From positions 2,176,001-2,240,000 of the forward strand of contig JASGHG010000001.1 in NCBI GenBank assembly GCA_047602425.1: a stretch of DNA of 64,000 bases, written 5' to 3'. Shown piece by piece: positions 21,972-32,900 of this stretch; the first letter of the stretch is position 1; every line of letters begins with the position of its first letter. A program made the translations under genes and the position numbers. The DNA comes from Nibricoccus sp. (lineage in GTDB: Bacteria > Verrucomicrobiota > Verrucomicrobiia > Opitutales > Opitutaceae). The notes under the pieces were generated by a model. The model worked only from the letters and a program-made list of their open reading frames with translations. It did no database searches and was not told where the DNA came from.

Positions 21972-23129
21972 ATGCGCTATAAAATTCTCACCGTCGACGA
22001 TTCCAAGACTGTCCGAATCATTGTTAAGAAGGCTTTCAAGACCTTCGATTGCGAAATCCTCGAAGCTGCCAACGGCGTCGAAGGCCTCGCTTCGGCCTCA
22101 AAGGAAAATCCCGACCTCATCCTCCTCGACATCACCATGCCGGTCATGGACGGCGTCGAAATGCTCACGAAGCTTAAGTCCGACCCCGCGCTCAAGGGCA
22201 TTCCCGTCATCATGCTCACCGCTGAAGGCGGCCGTGATAACGTGCTCAAGATTGCGAAGATCGGCGTCCGCGATTACATCGTGAAACCTTTCAAGGAAGA
22301 TGTGCTCGTCGAGAAATGCGGTCGCATCATCGACCTCAAGCCTCTCGCCGAAGGCCCGCAGAAAGCCAAATCCATTTTCGATCCCGCCACGATCCTCATC
22401 GTCGAGGACAAGCCCGCGATCATTCAACAGATCCAGGAAGGCTTGAAGCATACGCCTTGGAAAATCCATGGCGTCAGTACCACGGGTGAAGGCATCGATT
22501 TTTGCTCAAAGAACACGCCCGATCTGATCATCATCAGCCTTTCTTTGGCCGAGGATGCGGCGTTCACTCTTTTCCGCCTGATCCGCCAGAATGTTAAGAC
22601 GAAGTACACGCCCATCTTCGCGCTCGTCGTCAAGACCGAACTGGCCGTTCAACAACAGGCGCAACAAGTCGGTTTCTCGTACATCGTCACCAAGCCGATC
22701 GAAGTTCCGGAGCTCGAGTCGAAGGTCGCGAAAGCGATGAACCTCGATACTTCCCAACGTTATTTCACGCTCGATGGCGATGTCTTCATCATGCGCCTGC
22801 CGGAGAATTGTTCGCAGACCGTCGTCGGCGAAGTCCTCAATTACCTGAAGCCAAAGATCTCCGAAGCAGTCGACAGCGGCATCGTCAAAGCCGTGATCGA
22901 TCTTCACGAGCTCAAGGGTCTCAACATGGCCGTGATCAAACTTCTCATCCAAGCGATGCAGACCTGCAAGGACCTCGCCCTCCAATATACCTTGGTCGGC
23001 AACACGCAGATCGTTTCCGAATGCAAAGGCTTTGAAGACACCCGCAGCTGGCAGTTCCACGATTCCCTCGCGGATGCCAAAGCCAGCTTCGGCCGCACCG
23101 CTTCCCCCGCCCAACCTGCGGTGGCTTGA
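21972..23129 (+). CDS. Response regulator: REC + pseudo-REC + STAS-like domain
   Basis: Canonical REC (VDD, LDITMP, T, KPF); second REC has ISLSL at the phospho-Asp position; C-terminal AVIDL..LKGLN STAS-like segment. Confidence 0.85.
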   Translation: MRYKILTVDDSKTVRIIVKKAFKTFDCEILEAANGVEGLASASKENPDLILLDITMPVMDGVEMLTKLKSDPALKGIPVIMLTAEGGRDNVLKIAKIGVRDYIVKPFKEDVLVEKCGRIIDLKPLAEGPQKAKSIFDPATILIVEDKPAIIQQIQEGLKHTPWKIHGVSTTGEGIDFCSKNTPDLIIISLSLAEDAAFTLFRLIRQNVKTKYTPIFALVVKTELAVQQQAQQVGFSYIVTKPIEVPELESKVAKAMNLDTSQRYFTLDGDVFIMRLPENCSQTVVGEVLNYLKPKISEAVDSGIVKAVIDLHELKGLNMAVIKLLIQAMQTCKDLALQYTLVGNTQIVSECKGFEDTRSWQFHDSLADAKASFGRTASPAQPAVA

Positions 23130-23174
23130 GCTAACAATTCCAGCCGCGATCATCGATCTGCGGCTCCCTGCGAG

Positions 23175-23207
23175 ACCGCGCCTCCTTTACCCGAGGCGCG
23201 GTTTTTT
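23175..23207 (+). terminator. Rho-independent terminator
   Basis: ACCGCGCCTC-loop-GAGGCGCGGT followed by a T tract. Confidence 0.8.
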
Positions 23208-23333
23208 GTTAAAGGCCAGCGGCTTACGCGGTGAAAAGTTCTTTGAAAAACTCCTCCAGTAAAACCCCTATACGGTCGATAAAGAAGCGGGAACCTTCTC
23301 AGACAATCCGCCACTCGGATTGAAGGGATTGAC

Positions 23334-23909
23334 ATGACTTTTTCCAATGACACGCAGCTAACCGATGTAACCCGGCTCACCCGACATCTCGTGTTAGCCA
23401 CCCTGCTGGCCGCGCCCATCCCAAGCTACGCCACGCTTCAGACTTCCAGGCACCTCGCCTCCTCCATCAGGGCCGACCAACACGCCCCGGCCCCAGTCGC
23501 GCGCCAGCGAACGAACCGCACTTATTTGGCTATGGTGGGCCCGGCCGCTCTCACGTTTGCTAACACCGAGCTTCCGCTTCCGCCCGAGCCCGTGATGCCC
23601 GAACCGCCAAAACCCAAACACGAGTCCAGCCAGACCGCTTCGGCCAACTCGACGACCGGCAACGCCGCCGTCACATCCGATACCGCCGCCCTCAAACCAG
23701 CGACTGAGACCCCGGATTCGAGCACTTCGTCCAACAACAACGGTTCAAAGCCCATTTCCATTCTTCCCGACGACACCCGACGCGAGATCCGCGCCGAAGA
23801 CGTTCTGCCCTACTTCCAATTCCCCGGCTCCGCCGATAGCAGCTCTGTCATTATCAATCCGGCGCCAGCCGCCGCACCACCCAGCACAGCGACCTACCGT
23901 CAGCAATGA
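23334..23909 (+). CDS. Hypothetical Pro/Ser/Thr-rich exported protein
   Basis: N-terminal hydrophobic stretch; ATGA overlap with next gene; weak sigma28-like CCAG-N15-GTCGATAA upstream at 23256-23282. Confidence 0.6.
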   Translation: MTFSNDTQLTDVTRLTRHLVLATLLAAPIPSYATLQTSRHLASSIRADQHAPAPVARQRTNRTYLAMVGPAALTFANTELPLPPEPVMPEPPKPKHESSQTASANSTTGNAAVTSDTAALKPATETPDSSTSSNNNGSKPISILPDDTRREIRAEDVLPYFQFPGSADSSSVIINPAPAAAPPSTATYRQQ

Positions 23910-25369
23910 GCACCCGCCTCACTTTTCTGTTCCTCCTCCCCGCCGCCCTCGCGGTGGGCAGTGAACCCGTTCCGCCCAAAGCTCTGCCTGCTTCGGCCGC
24001 AGAACACGCCGCTGCACCGGCGGTTCAACCTCCGGCCCAACCAAGCTCCACAACGCAGGACGTGCATCCTGTGTCCGCGGCGGAACACGCACCTTCCGCG
24101 GCATTATCGGGAGAGGCAGCTTCGGCTCATACCGAAAAAGAGGCGGTCAAGGACAAAGCCCAAACCACCCCCCAACCCCAATTTACGATTCACCCCCCCA
24201 GTTCGAAAGCTTCTGCCACGCCCGAGGAGGTCGCCAGTCTTCTTCGCATCGGCATGACCAAGCTTGAGCAGGGCGATTACGTTTCCTCTGAACTCGCCTT
24301 CCGACAGGTCCTCACCGAAAAGGCCACCAAGCAACAGGATCACTCCGCCCTCATGGGCCTCGCCCGGACCTATCGCAAGAAATCCGAGTTCACCAAGGCT
24401 GCTGCGATTTACGAAACCGTCATTCAAAAATATCCCGAAGACGCGCTTCTCCCGACCGTTTATCTCGAACTCGGCCGCACCCTTCGCGCACTCGGCGCCT
24501 ACAAAATCGCCATCGCCCGTTTCTACAGCGTGATCAATACCACGCTCAAACTTCCTGATGAAAACGCCGACACGTATCGCCAACTCGCCCGCACCGCGCA
24601 ATTCGAAATCGCGGAAACCCATTTCCAAGCCGGCGAATTCGACGAAGCGAGCCGCTACTTCGCCCGGCTGAAACTTCTCGATCTCGCGCCCGAAGACCGA
24701 GCCCGCGCTCATTTCAAATCCATCTATTCTCTCGTGCGTGCCGGCGACGACGAAAAAGCCGTTCCTGGCTTTCGCGCTTACTTGGATCAAAATCCCAACG
24801 ACGAAAACGTGCCCGAGGCTCGTTATCTTTTATCCGTCTCCCTGCGCAAGCTGGGCCGTTACAACGAATCGCTTTCCGCCGCCCTCGAGCTTCTCCGGGC
24901 CGAGAAAAAATACGTCGAAAGCGATCCCAAGCGTTGGGCCTACTGGCAGCGCAAAACCGGCAACCAGCTCGCCAACCAATTCTACGATCAAGGCGACTTC
25001 GGCAGCGCCCTCATCATCTACCAAAATCTCTCAAACCTTTCGCCAGAACCAAGCTGGCGCCTCCCCGTTCTCTACCAGATCGGTCTTTGCAATGAGCGCC
25101 TCCATCTCATGGACCGTGCCCGCGAATGCTATGACACGATCATCGAGGCCACGAGGAATGCCTCCAAAGAATCGCCCCGCCGCCAGGAACTCATTGACCT
25201 CTTTGACATGGCGGAAAGCCGACTCTTGCATTTATTCTGGATGCAAAATACTGAACGCAAGCTGACCGTCATCTTCCCCAACGAACGCGAACGCATCGCC
25301 AATCTCACCGCCCCCCATGAGCCAAAACCAGACGGAAGCGCTGAAAAAACACCTGCAACTGTGCGATGA
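23906..25369 (+). CDS. Exported TPR-repeat protein
   Basis: Signal peptide, low-complexity linker, multiple TPRs (YETVIQKYPEDALLP, AQFEIAETHF, VPEARYLL, VLYQIGLC). Confidence 0.85.
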   Translation: MSTRLTFLFLLPAALAVGSEPVPPKALPASAAEHAAAPAVQPPAQPSSTTQDVHPVSAAEHAPSAALSGEAASAHTEKEAVKDKAQTTPQPQFTIHPPSSKASATPEEVASLLRIGMTKLEQGDYVSSELAFRQVLTEKATKQQDHSALMGLARTYRKKSEFTKAAAIYETVIQKYPEDALLPTVYLELGRTLRALGAYKIAIARFYSVINTTLKLPDENADTYRQLARTAQFEIAETHFQAGEFDEASRYFARLKLLDLAPEDRARAHFKSIYSLVRAGDDEKAVPGFRAYLDQNPNDENVPEARYLLSVSLRKLGRYNESLSAALELLRAEKKYVESDPKRWAYWQRKTGNQLANQFYDQGDFGSALIIYQNLSNLSPEPSWRLPVLYQIGLCNERLHLMDRARECYDTIIEATRNASKESPRRQELIDLFDMAESRLLHLFWMQNTERKLTVIFPNERERIANLTAPHEPKPDGSAEKTPATVR

Positions 25370-25781
25370 AGTTCACCAGCTCGCCCTGGAGGAAAATCGT
25401 TTCCTGAAACAACACCAGCGTACGCCCGACGCACACCTTCTCGAACGCAAGCGCTCCCTCCTTGCCCGCCTCGACGAAAGCCTCGCCGCAGTCAAAGCCA
25501 CCGCTCTGGAAAATTCCAATTCCCAAAGTTCAAATCCCACCGGAGGCGCCTCTGAAATTTCAAAACTGAAATCTCAGATTTCCTCTCCTCGCCCGGACCC
25601 CGAACGCAAGGAAACCATCGAGAAAGCCCGCGCCAAGATCCTGCAAATTCTCCATCTCGACCGCGAAAACGAGCAGCTTCTCCTTCGTTTCAGCCTCAGC
25701 GCCCGCCCGGCGGCGCCCGTTGCCCCGCCCGCTCCTCCACCCATTTCCCAGATCCAAAAAATCTACGACCGCCACCCTTGA
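25317..25781 (+). CDS. FlgN-like helical protein (putative flagellar export chaperone)
   Basis: LALEENRFLK...LLERKRSLLARL...LDRENEQLL helical pattern; motility context; contains a heptamer-repeat insert. Confidence 0.55.
   Translation: MSQNQTEALKKHLQLCDEVHQLALEENRFLKQHQRTPDAHLLERKRSLLARLDESLAAVKATALENSNSQSSNPTGGASEISKLKSQISSPRPDPERKETIEKARAKILQILHLDRENEQLLLRFSLSARPAAPVAPPAPPPISQIQKIYDRHP
25511..25583 (+). repeat. Degenerate heptanucleotide tandem repeats inside CDS
   Basis: AAATTCC AATTCCC AAAGTTC AAATCCC (25511-25538), then TCTGAAA TTTCAAA ACTGAAA TCTCAGA (25551-25578). Confidence 0.65.
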
Positions 25782-25918
25782 TGGCCGCATGGACCAAACC
25801 GGCGCTCACGAGAATTTTTTATATTTTTCTGCCATGCTTCGACCTTGCTCCGGCCGGCCTATGCGTTAGCTAATCAGAGCCCTGCCGACTCCCGACTGTT
25901 CCCCTACAGCACCGCCCA

Positions 25919-28729
25919 ATGGCCCCGCGCATTCTCGTCTGCGAAGATACGGAAATTGATTTCAAACTGCTCGAAAAAGAGCTGGAACGCTCGCAGTTCG
26001 CCTGCGAGCTCAGGCGCGTCGACAAACAAGCGGCCTTCACCACGGCTTTGCAGGATTTCAAGCCCGACCTGATCATCTCCGATTACTACCTCATCGATTT
26101 CAACGCCCTCGACGCGCTCGAAATCCTCAAGCGACACTCGCCCGACACGCCTTTCATCGTCCTCACCAACGCACTCAACGAAGAAACTGCCGTCGAGTGC
26201 ATGAAACGCGGCGCGGTAGACTACGTTCTCAAAAACCGGCTCCCCCGCCTCGTCGCCATTCTCAACACCACGCTGGAACATCGGCGGCTCCTCCGCGAAC
26301 ACGCGCAAATCCACCGCGAGCATGAACAACTCTTCCGGCTAACCCCCGACTTGTTCTGTCTCGCGAGCCTCGACGGCACTCTGCAGGTCGTTAATCCCGC
26401 CTGGATCCTCCGTCTTGGTTTTGCCGAGAAGGATCTGATCAACCGCCCCCTTTTCACGCTCGTCCACCCCGACGATCGCCACGCCCTTGACACTTGGTGG
26501 AGCAATCTCGTTTCCCGCAACCAGACCGCAACGCCTTTCGCGGTTCAGCAACCCATCAACGATTTCGAATGCCGCTTGGTCCATCGCGAACGCGGCTTCC
26601 GCCACATTCTCTGGAGCGCGCGGCCGTTCCCGTCCGAAAACAAAATTTACGCCTACGGCCACGACATCACCGAGCGCAAACAAGCCGAGGCCGCCCTCCG
26701 CGAAAGCGAATCTCGTTTCCGCCGCATGGCCGATTCCGCGCCAGTCCTCATCTGGCTCACCGACACTTCCAAGGCGTATATTTATTTCAACCAGCCCTGG
26801 CTCGACTTCACCGGCCGGCGTTTGTCGGACGAGACTGGTTTCGGTTGGACCGACGGCATTCATCCCGAAGATCGCGAACGCTGCCTCCAGGGCTACGACG
26901 AAAGCTTCGCAACCCGCAGTCCCTTCCGCATCGAATATCGGCTGCGCCGTCACGACGGACACTTCCGCTGGGTTGTAAGCCATGGCATCCCGCGCTACGA
27001 CGAACATGGCTCGTTTGCCGGTTTCATTGGTTCGTGTTTCGACGTTACCGATCAGCACGAAGTCGAGGCCCATCTCGCCTATCGCGCGATCAAACAGGCC
27101 GCGCTCGCCGGCTTTGGCCGCTACGCACTCGCCCCTCACACCTTCGGCGAACTCACCCAGGAAGCCTCCCGCCTCGTCGTCGACACTCTGCGTATCGAAC
27201 ATGCCCAGGTTCTCGCCGTCGAATCCGATACCCTCAAGCTCACTTTGGCCTCCAGCACCGGTCCTGCCTTTGCGGACAGTACCAAACCACTTGGCACCGC
27301 CACGATCACCGCCATCTCGCGCGACCAGCCCATCCACTTCGCCGACGATCTGCAAAATTTCCCCGCAGCCAGCCTCTACGCCGCCGCGGGTGTCGAATCC
27401 GGTGTCGCCGTCCCCATTGGAAGCGGCAAACGCGCCTATGGTTTTCTCACCGCGATCGCCAAGGAGGATCGCATCTTCGGCCGCGAGGCTGTCGATTTCA
27501 TGCAGGGCCTCGCCAATGTGCTCAGCACGGTCCATCAGCGCGATCGCGCCGAGGCCGCTTTGGAGGAAAGTGAACAGAAACTCCTTCAATCCCAAAAAAT
27601 GGAAGCCGTCGGTCTGCTCGCCGGCGGCGTTGCCCACGACTTCAACAATCTCCTCACCGCCATCCGCTGTTATGCCGACATTCTTCATGATGACCTCGGC
27701 ATCATTTCGCCGGAACACCAGCCCAAGATCGGCGAAATCCTCAAAGCCACGGCGCGGGCCTCCGCACTCGTTCGTCAGCTTCTCGCCTTCAGCCGCAAGC
27801 AGGTTCTGCAGCCGGAGTTCCTCGACCTCAATACCGCTATCACTGAACTCAAGGATCTCATCCGCTCGCTGTTGAGCGAAAACATCGGTCTCGAAATCAC
27901 CCTCTCCCCCCAGCCCGCCACCGTCGAGGTCGACCGCAACCAAATCGAACAGGTCATCATCAACCTCGCCATCAACGCCCGCGATGCCATGCCACAGGGC
28001 GGGCGGCTCAACATCGTGCTCGATACCACAACTATCGAGGAGAACCAAATTCCCGACGTCGCCCCCGGCCACTACATATCGCTCTCGGTGGCCGATACCG
28101 GCATAGGCATGAGCGAAGAAACCCAGGCGCGCCTTTTCCAACCTTTCTTCACCACCAAACCCAAGGGCCGTGGCACCGGTCTCGGGCTCGCCACCTGCGC
28201 CGTCATTATCAAACACTATCAGGGCACCATCCAGTTCAAGAGCCAGATTGGCGCGGGCACGACCTTTAGCGTCCTCCTTCCGAAGGCCGACCCGCCTACG
28301 CTCAACTTCAATTTCGACTTCGATGAGGAGCCTGGCGCCGGAACCGAAACCATTCTGCTCGTCGAGGACGACGAGGCCATCCGCACCGTCACCGCCGCAA
28401 TCCTCCGCGCCCTCGGCTACCAGATTTATCCAATGGCTAGCAGCGTCGAAGCCTACAACCAGTTTTCAGGGCCAAACTGCCCGCCTTACGACCTGCTTCT
28501 GAGCGACATCGTCATGCCCGACATGGGCGGCCGCGATCTCGCCGACAAACTCCGCGCCGCCAAGCCCGGCCTCAAGGTCCTTTTCATGTCCGGCTACGTC
28601 GACGACCCCGTCATCCTCCACGCAGTCCAGGAAGCCGCCATGCCTTTCCTCGAAAAACCTTTCACCCGCGAAGTCCTCGCGAAAAAAGTCCGCGACACCC
28701 TCGATCTCCCTTCGCCCGCCCCGCAGTAA
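25919..28729 (+). CDS. Hybrid histidine kinase (REC-PAS-PAS-GAF-HisKA-HATPase-REC)
   Basis: N-terminal REC, DITERKQAE PAC, GAF, LAGGVAHDFNN, NLAINARDAM, GTGLGL, C-terminal REC. Confidence 0.94.
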   Translation: MAPRILVCEDTEIDFKLLEKELERSQFACELRRVDKQAAFTTALQDFKPDLIISDYYLIDFNALDALEILKRHSPDTPFIVLTNALNEETAVECMKRGAVDYVLKNRLPRLVAILNTTLEHRRLLREHAQIHREHEQLFRLTPDLFCLASLDGTLQVVNPAWILRLGFAEKDLINRPLFTLVHPDDRHALDTWWSNLVSRNQTATPFAVQQPINDFECRLVHRERGFRHILWSARPFPSENKIYAYGHDITERKQAEAALRESESRFRRMADSAPVLIWLTDTSKAYIYFNQPWLDFTGRRLSDETGFGWTDGIHPEDRERCLQGYDESFATRSPFRIEYRLRRHDGHFRWVVSHGIPRYDEHGSFAGFIGSCFDVTDQHEVEAHLAYRAIKQAALAGFGRYALAPHTFGELTQEASRLVVDTLRIEHAQVLAVESDTLKLTLASSTGPAFADSTKPLGTATITAISRDQPIHFADDLQNFPAASLYAAAGVESGVAVPIGSGKRAYGFLTAIAKEDRIFGREAVDFMQGLANVLSTVHQRDRAEAALEESEQKLLQSQKMEAVGLLAGGVAHDFNNLLTAIRCYADILHDDLGIISPEHQPKIGEILKATARASALVRQLLAFSRKQVLQPEFLDLNTAITELKDLIRSLLSENIGLEITLSPQPATVEVDRNQIEQVIINLAINARDAMPQGGRLNIVLDTTTIEENQIPDVAPGHYISLSVADTGIGMSEETQARLFQPFFTTKPKGRGTGLGLATCAVIIKHYQGTIQFKSQIGAGTTFSVLLPKADPPTLNFNFDFDEEPGAGTETILLVEDDEAIRTVTAAILRALGYQIYPMASSVEAYNQFSGPNCPPYDLLLSDIVMPDMGGRDLADKLRAAKPGLKVLFMSGYVDDPVILHAVQEAAMPFLEKPFTREVLAKKVRDTLDLPSPAPQ

Positions 28730-28741
28730 CCCACCCAAACG

Positions 28742-28764
28742 TTTGTCATCTAATAGATGACAAA
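28742..28764. repeat. Perfect intergenic palindrome (family copy 1)
   Basis: TTTGTCATCTA-A-TAGATGACAAA, 12 nt after the kinase stop codon. Confidence 0.9.
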
Positions 28765-28866
28765 TGCACTGGTCCAAGAAATCCCCAATCGTGTGTTGCG
28801 CAGCCCGTAGTTCAGTGGGTTGCCCTTTAAAGGTAATAAAACCGCTCTCTTGATCTAAAAGTTGCG

Positions 28867-29787
28867 TTACGACCGCCGGCGCGCCGGTTTCGCAACCGGC
28901 ACCAGGGCCTTGATCTCCTCGCGCAAAATTTCGAGGTAGCGTTCGACGAGCAGCGAAGTCGATTTTTTCAACCAGACTGCGTACATCCGCATGGGCGGGC
29001 AGTCCGTCTCTAGCACTTTAATACCGCCAAAATCCCGCGGTACCACCAGTTCGGGTAACAACGCCACTCCTTCCCCCGCCGCCACCAAGGCCAGCACGCC
29101 CGGCGCGCTCGTGGTGGTGCGTCCGAAGATCGGCGTGAAGCCCGCCGGCCTGCACATTTGAATGAGGTACTCGCGGAAATCGGAATCGGGACGGTGTTGC
29201 ACTTGGATCCATTGCTCCCGCGCCAGATCGCGTAAGCGCACAGTTCCGCCGTTCGCGAGAGGATGCGAAGCCGGCAGCACCGCCATCAATGGCCCGCTGT
29301 AGACCGAAAGCAGTTCCAAATCTTCCCTCGCGCCGATTGTGATCTCAGGCACGAAACCGAGGTGAATTTTCCCCGCGCGCAATGCCTCCATCTGGTCGAG
29401 AATCATCATGTCCACGTAGCCAACCGTGACCTTCGGATTGAGCTGTCGAAACTTCCGCACCGTTTCGGGAATCAGGTGCATCGGAATGCGCCAATCGCTC
29501 GCGATGTTGAAATCGCCAGCTTTCCCGCGGGCCACTTCCTGCGCGGCGCTGACCGCGATGGCCGTTTGTGCGAGGAGTTTTTGCGCCGATGCAAAAAAGT
29601 TTCGCCCTGCATCCGTCAATCGCACGCTCGTGGTCGAGCGAATAAACAGCGGGAAACCCAACTCAACTTCCAAAGACCGGATCTGCCGACTCAGCGCCGG
29701 CTGCGCCACACGCAGGCGCTCCGCCGCACGACTGAAGTTGAGCGTTTCGGCCACGGCACAAAAATAGCGTAGATGTCGAAGTTCCAA
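28867..29787 (-). CDS. LysR-family transcriptional regulator
   Basis: (M)ELRHLRYFCAVAETLNFSRAAERLRVAQPALSRQIRSLE HTH; TTG start at 29787. Confidence 0.94.
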   Translation of the reverse strand: MELRHLRYFCAVAETLNFSRAAERLRVAQPALSRQIRSLEVELGFPLFIRSTTSVRLTDAGRNFFASAQKLLAQTAIAVSAAQEVARGKAGDFNIASDWRIPMHLIPETVRKFRQLNPKVTVGYVDMMILDQMEALRAGKIHLGFVPEITIGAREDLELLSVYSGPLMAVLPASHPLANGGTVRLRDLAREQWIQVQHRPDSDFREYLIQMCRPAGFTPIFGRTTTSAPGVLALVAAGEGVALLPELVVPRDFGGIKVLETDCPPMRMYAVWLKKSTSLLVERYLEILREEIKALVPVAKPARRRS

Positions 29788-29991
29788 GGCATGCCACGGA
29801 TACAGGCGAGAGCCCGGACGTTCAATCAAGAATCCTTTACAGCCCGCGTTGCATCGCAACCGCTGGCGATAAACCCGGCCCACGTTCGCAGCCGCAGGCT
29901 GGCAAAAACAAAATGCGGAGCGAACGGAAAACTCCTGCAGGCGGCACCCCTACCGCCTCCATTGACCGTTCGCTCCGCAAATTGACAAAAT

Positions 29992-32900
29992 TTAGTGCTT
30001 GGCGGCTGGTTTTGGCGCGGCCGTCGCGATCCGCGGGCGTGCCTTGGCGATAAAGGAGTAGAACACCGGCACGACAAAGAGCGTGAAGAGCGTGCCAATC
30101 GACATGCCCGTCGCGATCACCAATCCCATGCTGAAACGAGCCTCGGCGCCGGCACCTTTGGCCGCCACGAGGGGCAAGACGCCAAGCACCATCGCCGCCG
30201 TGGTCATTAAGATCGGACGAAGACGCACGCCCGCCGCATGGTCGATCGCCTCACGCACCGAGCAGCCCGTTTCTTCTTGGAGCTTGTTGGCAAACTCCAC
30301 CATCAGGATGCCGTGTTTCGTAATCAATCCCACCAGCGTTATCAGACCGACCTGCGTATAAATATTCAACGTGGCAAAACCAAGGAATAGGAACAACATT
30401 GCGCCCGCGATCGAAAGCGGCACCGCCATCATGATGATGAACGGGTCGCGCCAGCTCTCATATTGCGCCGCAAGCACGAGGAAAATCACCAGGAGCGCCA
30501 GACCAAAAGTCGCCAGCAATGCGCTGCCTTCCTGCACGTATTGACGAAGCTCGCCCTTGTAATCGGCGGTAAAACCTTCTGGAAAAACCTGCTTCGATTC
30601 CGCCGTCAGCCAGTCGAGCGCCTCGCCGATCGATACGCCCGGACGCGGCACGAGACCCAACGTCGCCGAATTGAGCTGCTGGAAACGACCGAGGTTGCGC
30701 GGCTGCGTCGTGTTTGCGATCGTCGCGATACTCGAAAGCGGGACCAGCGCGCCCTTGCCGGTGGAAACATAGTAGTTGCCCAGCTGCTCCGTCGTGAGTC
30801 GCGACAATCGCGAAACCTGCGGGGTGACCTTGTACGCTCGGCCTTCGATGGCGAACCGATTGACATAGCCGCCGCCCAACATCGAACCAAGATCCGCACC
30901 TAACTGCGACATATCGATGCCCAGCAGCGCCGCCTTGTCCTTGTCGACGTGGATGTCGGCCTGAGGCTGGTCGAATTTGAGCGAGTTATCCGCGTAAACA
31001 AATTTCCCACTGGCCAGCGCACGTTGCAAAAGCTCGTTTGCCACTTCGACCACCCGGGCGTGATCCTGCGTCGAACTGACCACGAATTGCACAGGCAACC
31101 CGCCGCCCGCGCCCGGCAGCGACGGCGGCAGAGCCGCCGCCACCTTCAGCCCGGAAATGCCATTGGCCAGACCGGAGAAATGCGCCGCAATCGTCGCTGC
31201 GCTGCGTGTGCGTTCGCTCCAAGGTTTGAGCACCTGGCCTATCATGCCGCCGGATGGATTGGGCAGCCCGGCCTGCGGGTCGAAGCCGAGGATCATGAAT
31301 GCGACCTTTGTTTCCGGGATCGACTGGTTGATCATCGGTTGCAGTTGCGCCGTATAACGCTGTGTCTGGTCAAGCGTGGCGTTTGGGGAACCACTCAAAA
31401 TGCCCAGAACGAACCCGCGGTCTTCCTGCGGCGCGAGCTCCTTCTTCGTCATCATGTAAAAGGGCACGATGCTCGCGAAAATCAGCACCGCCACGATCAC
31501 GACCGCAGCACGCGTTTCCAGGACCTTGTCGAGGAATTTTTCGTATCCGTGCCTCATCTTGTCGAAGCCCTTTTCAAGCATGTGCTCGAAGCCGCGCGGA
31601 TTCGGATTATGCCGCAATAGTTTCGCGCTCAGCATCGGCGACAGTGTCAGTGCCACAAAACCCGACACCACAACCGAACCAGCCAGCGTGAACGCAAATT
31701 CTCGGAAAAGCGCACCGGTCACACCCGACTGCAGGCCAATCGGCGCGTAGACTGCGGCCAACGTGATTGTCATCGCGATAACCGGACCCACGAGTTCGTG
31801 GGCGCCCTTCAGCGCGGCGTCGAGCGGCGTCAGCCCTTCCTCAATATGCCGGTGAATGTTTTCCACGACAACAATGGCATCGTCCACCACTAAACCAATC
31901 GCCAGAACCATAGCCAGCAGCGTCAAAAGATTTATGGAAAAACCGAAAGCCAGCATCAAAATGCCCCCGCCCACGAGCGACAGCGGAATGGCGATGATCG
32001 GAATCACAACCGACCGAAAGGAACCAAGAAACAAGTAAATCACGACGACTACGATCAACATCGCCTCGACCAGCGTGTGCATGACTTCAGAGATGGAGTC
32101 ATTGATGAAAGCCGTGGCGTCGTAGAGCACGTTACCCTCCAGCCCTGCGGGAAATTGACTCACTAAATCAGGCCACATCGCACGCACACGTTTGATGACG
32201 TCGATCGCGTTGGCTGTCGGCAGTACGCTGATGCTCATGCCCGTGGCATTGAGCCCGTTGAAGGTGAGCGCCGAGCCATAGTCTTCCGCGCCGAGCACCA
32301 CTTCCGCGATGTCCCCCAGCCGAACCACGCGACCTTCCTTTTCAAGAATGACCATGTTGCGGAATTCTTCGGCGGAATGGAGATCCGTTTTTGCCGTGAG
32401 GTTCACGGAAATCATCGAGCCTTTCGTCTGGCCTACGGCGGACAAATAATTTTGCGAGGCAAGCTTCGCGCGCACCGCCGCCGCGCTCAAGCCAAGCGCC
32501 GCCATGCGGTCGTCTTTCAGCCAGATGCGCATGGCAAAGGTGCGTCCGCCGAGAATATCGACCTTCTGCACGCCCTCGACAGTCGAGAGCTTTGGCTGAA
32601 CCACGCGAACGAGGTAATCGGTGATCTGATTCGAAGCCAACGTCTGGCTGGCAAAACTCAGGTACATCGACGCGGTCGTTTCGCCCACAGAAACGTCAAA
32701 AACCGGATCTTCCGCCGCGGAGGGCAATTCGCTGCGCACACGATTCACCTTCGACGTGATTTGGGTCAGCGCGTCGTTTGGATCATAGTTGAGACGAAGC
32801 TTGGCAGTAATGATTGAAACGTTGGAGGCGCTGACGGATTCGACGTAATCGAGACCGTCGGCCGAAGCGATTTCGCGCTCCAGCGGTGTCGTGATATAGC

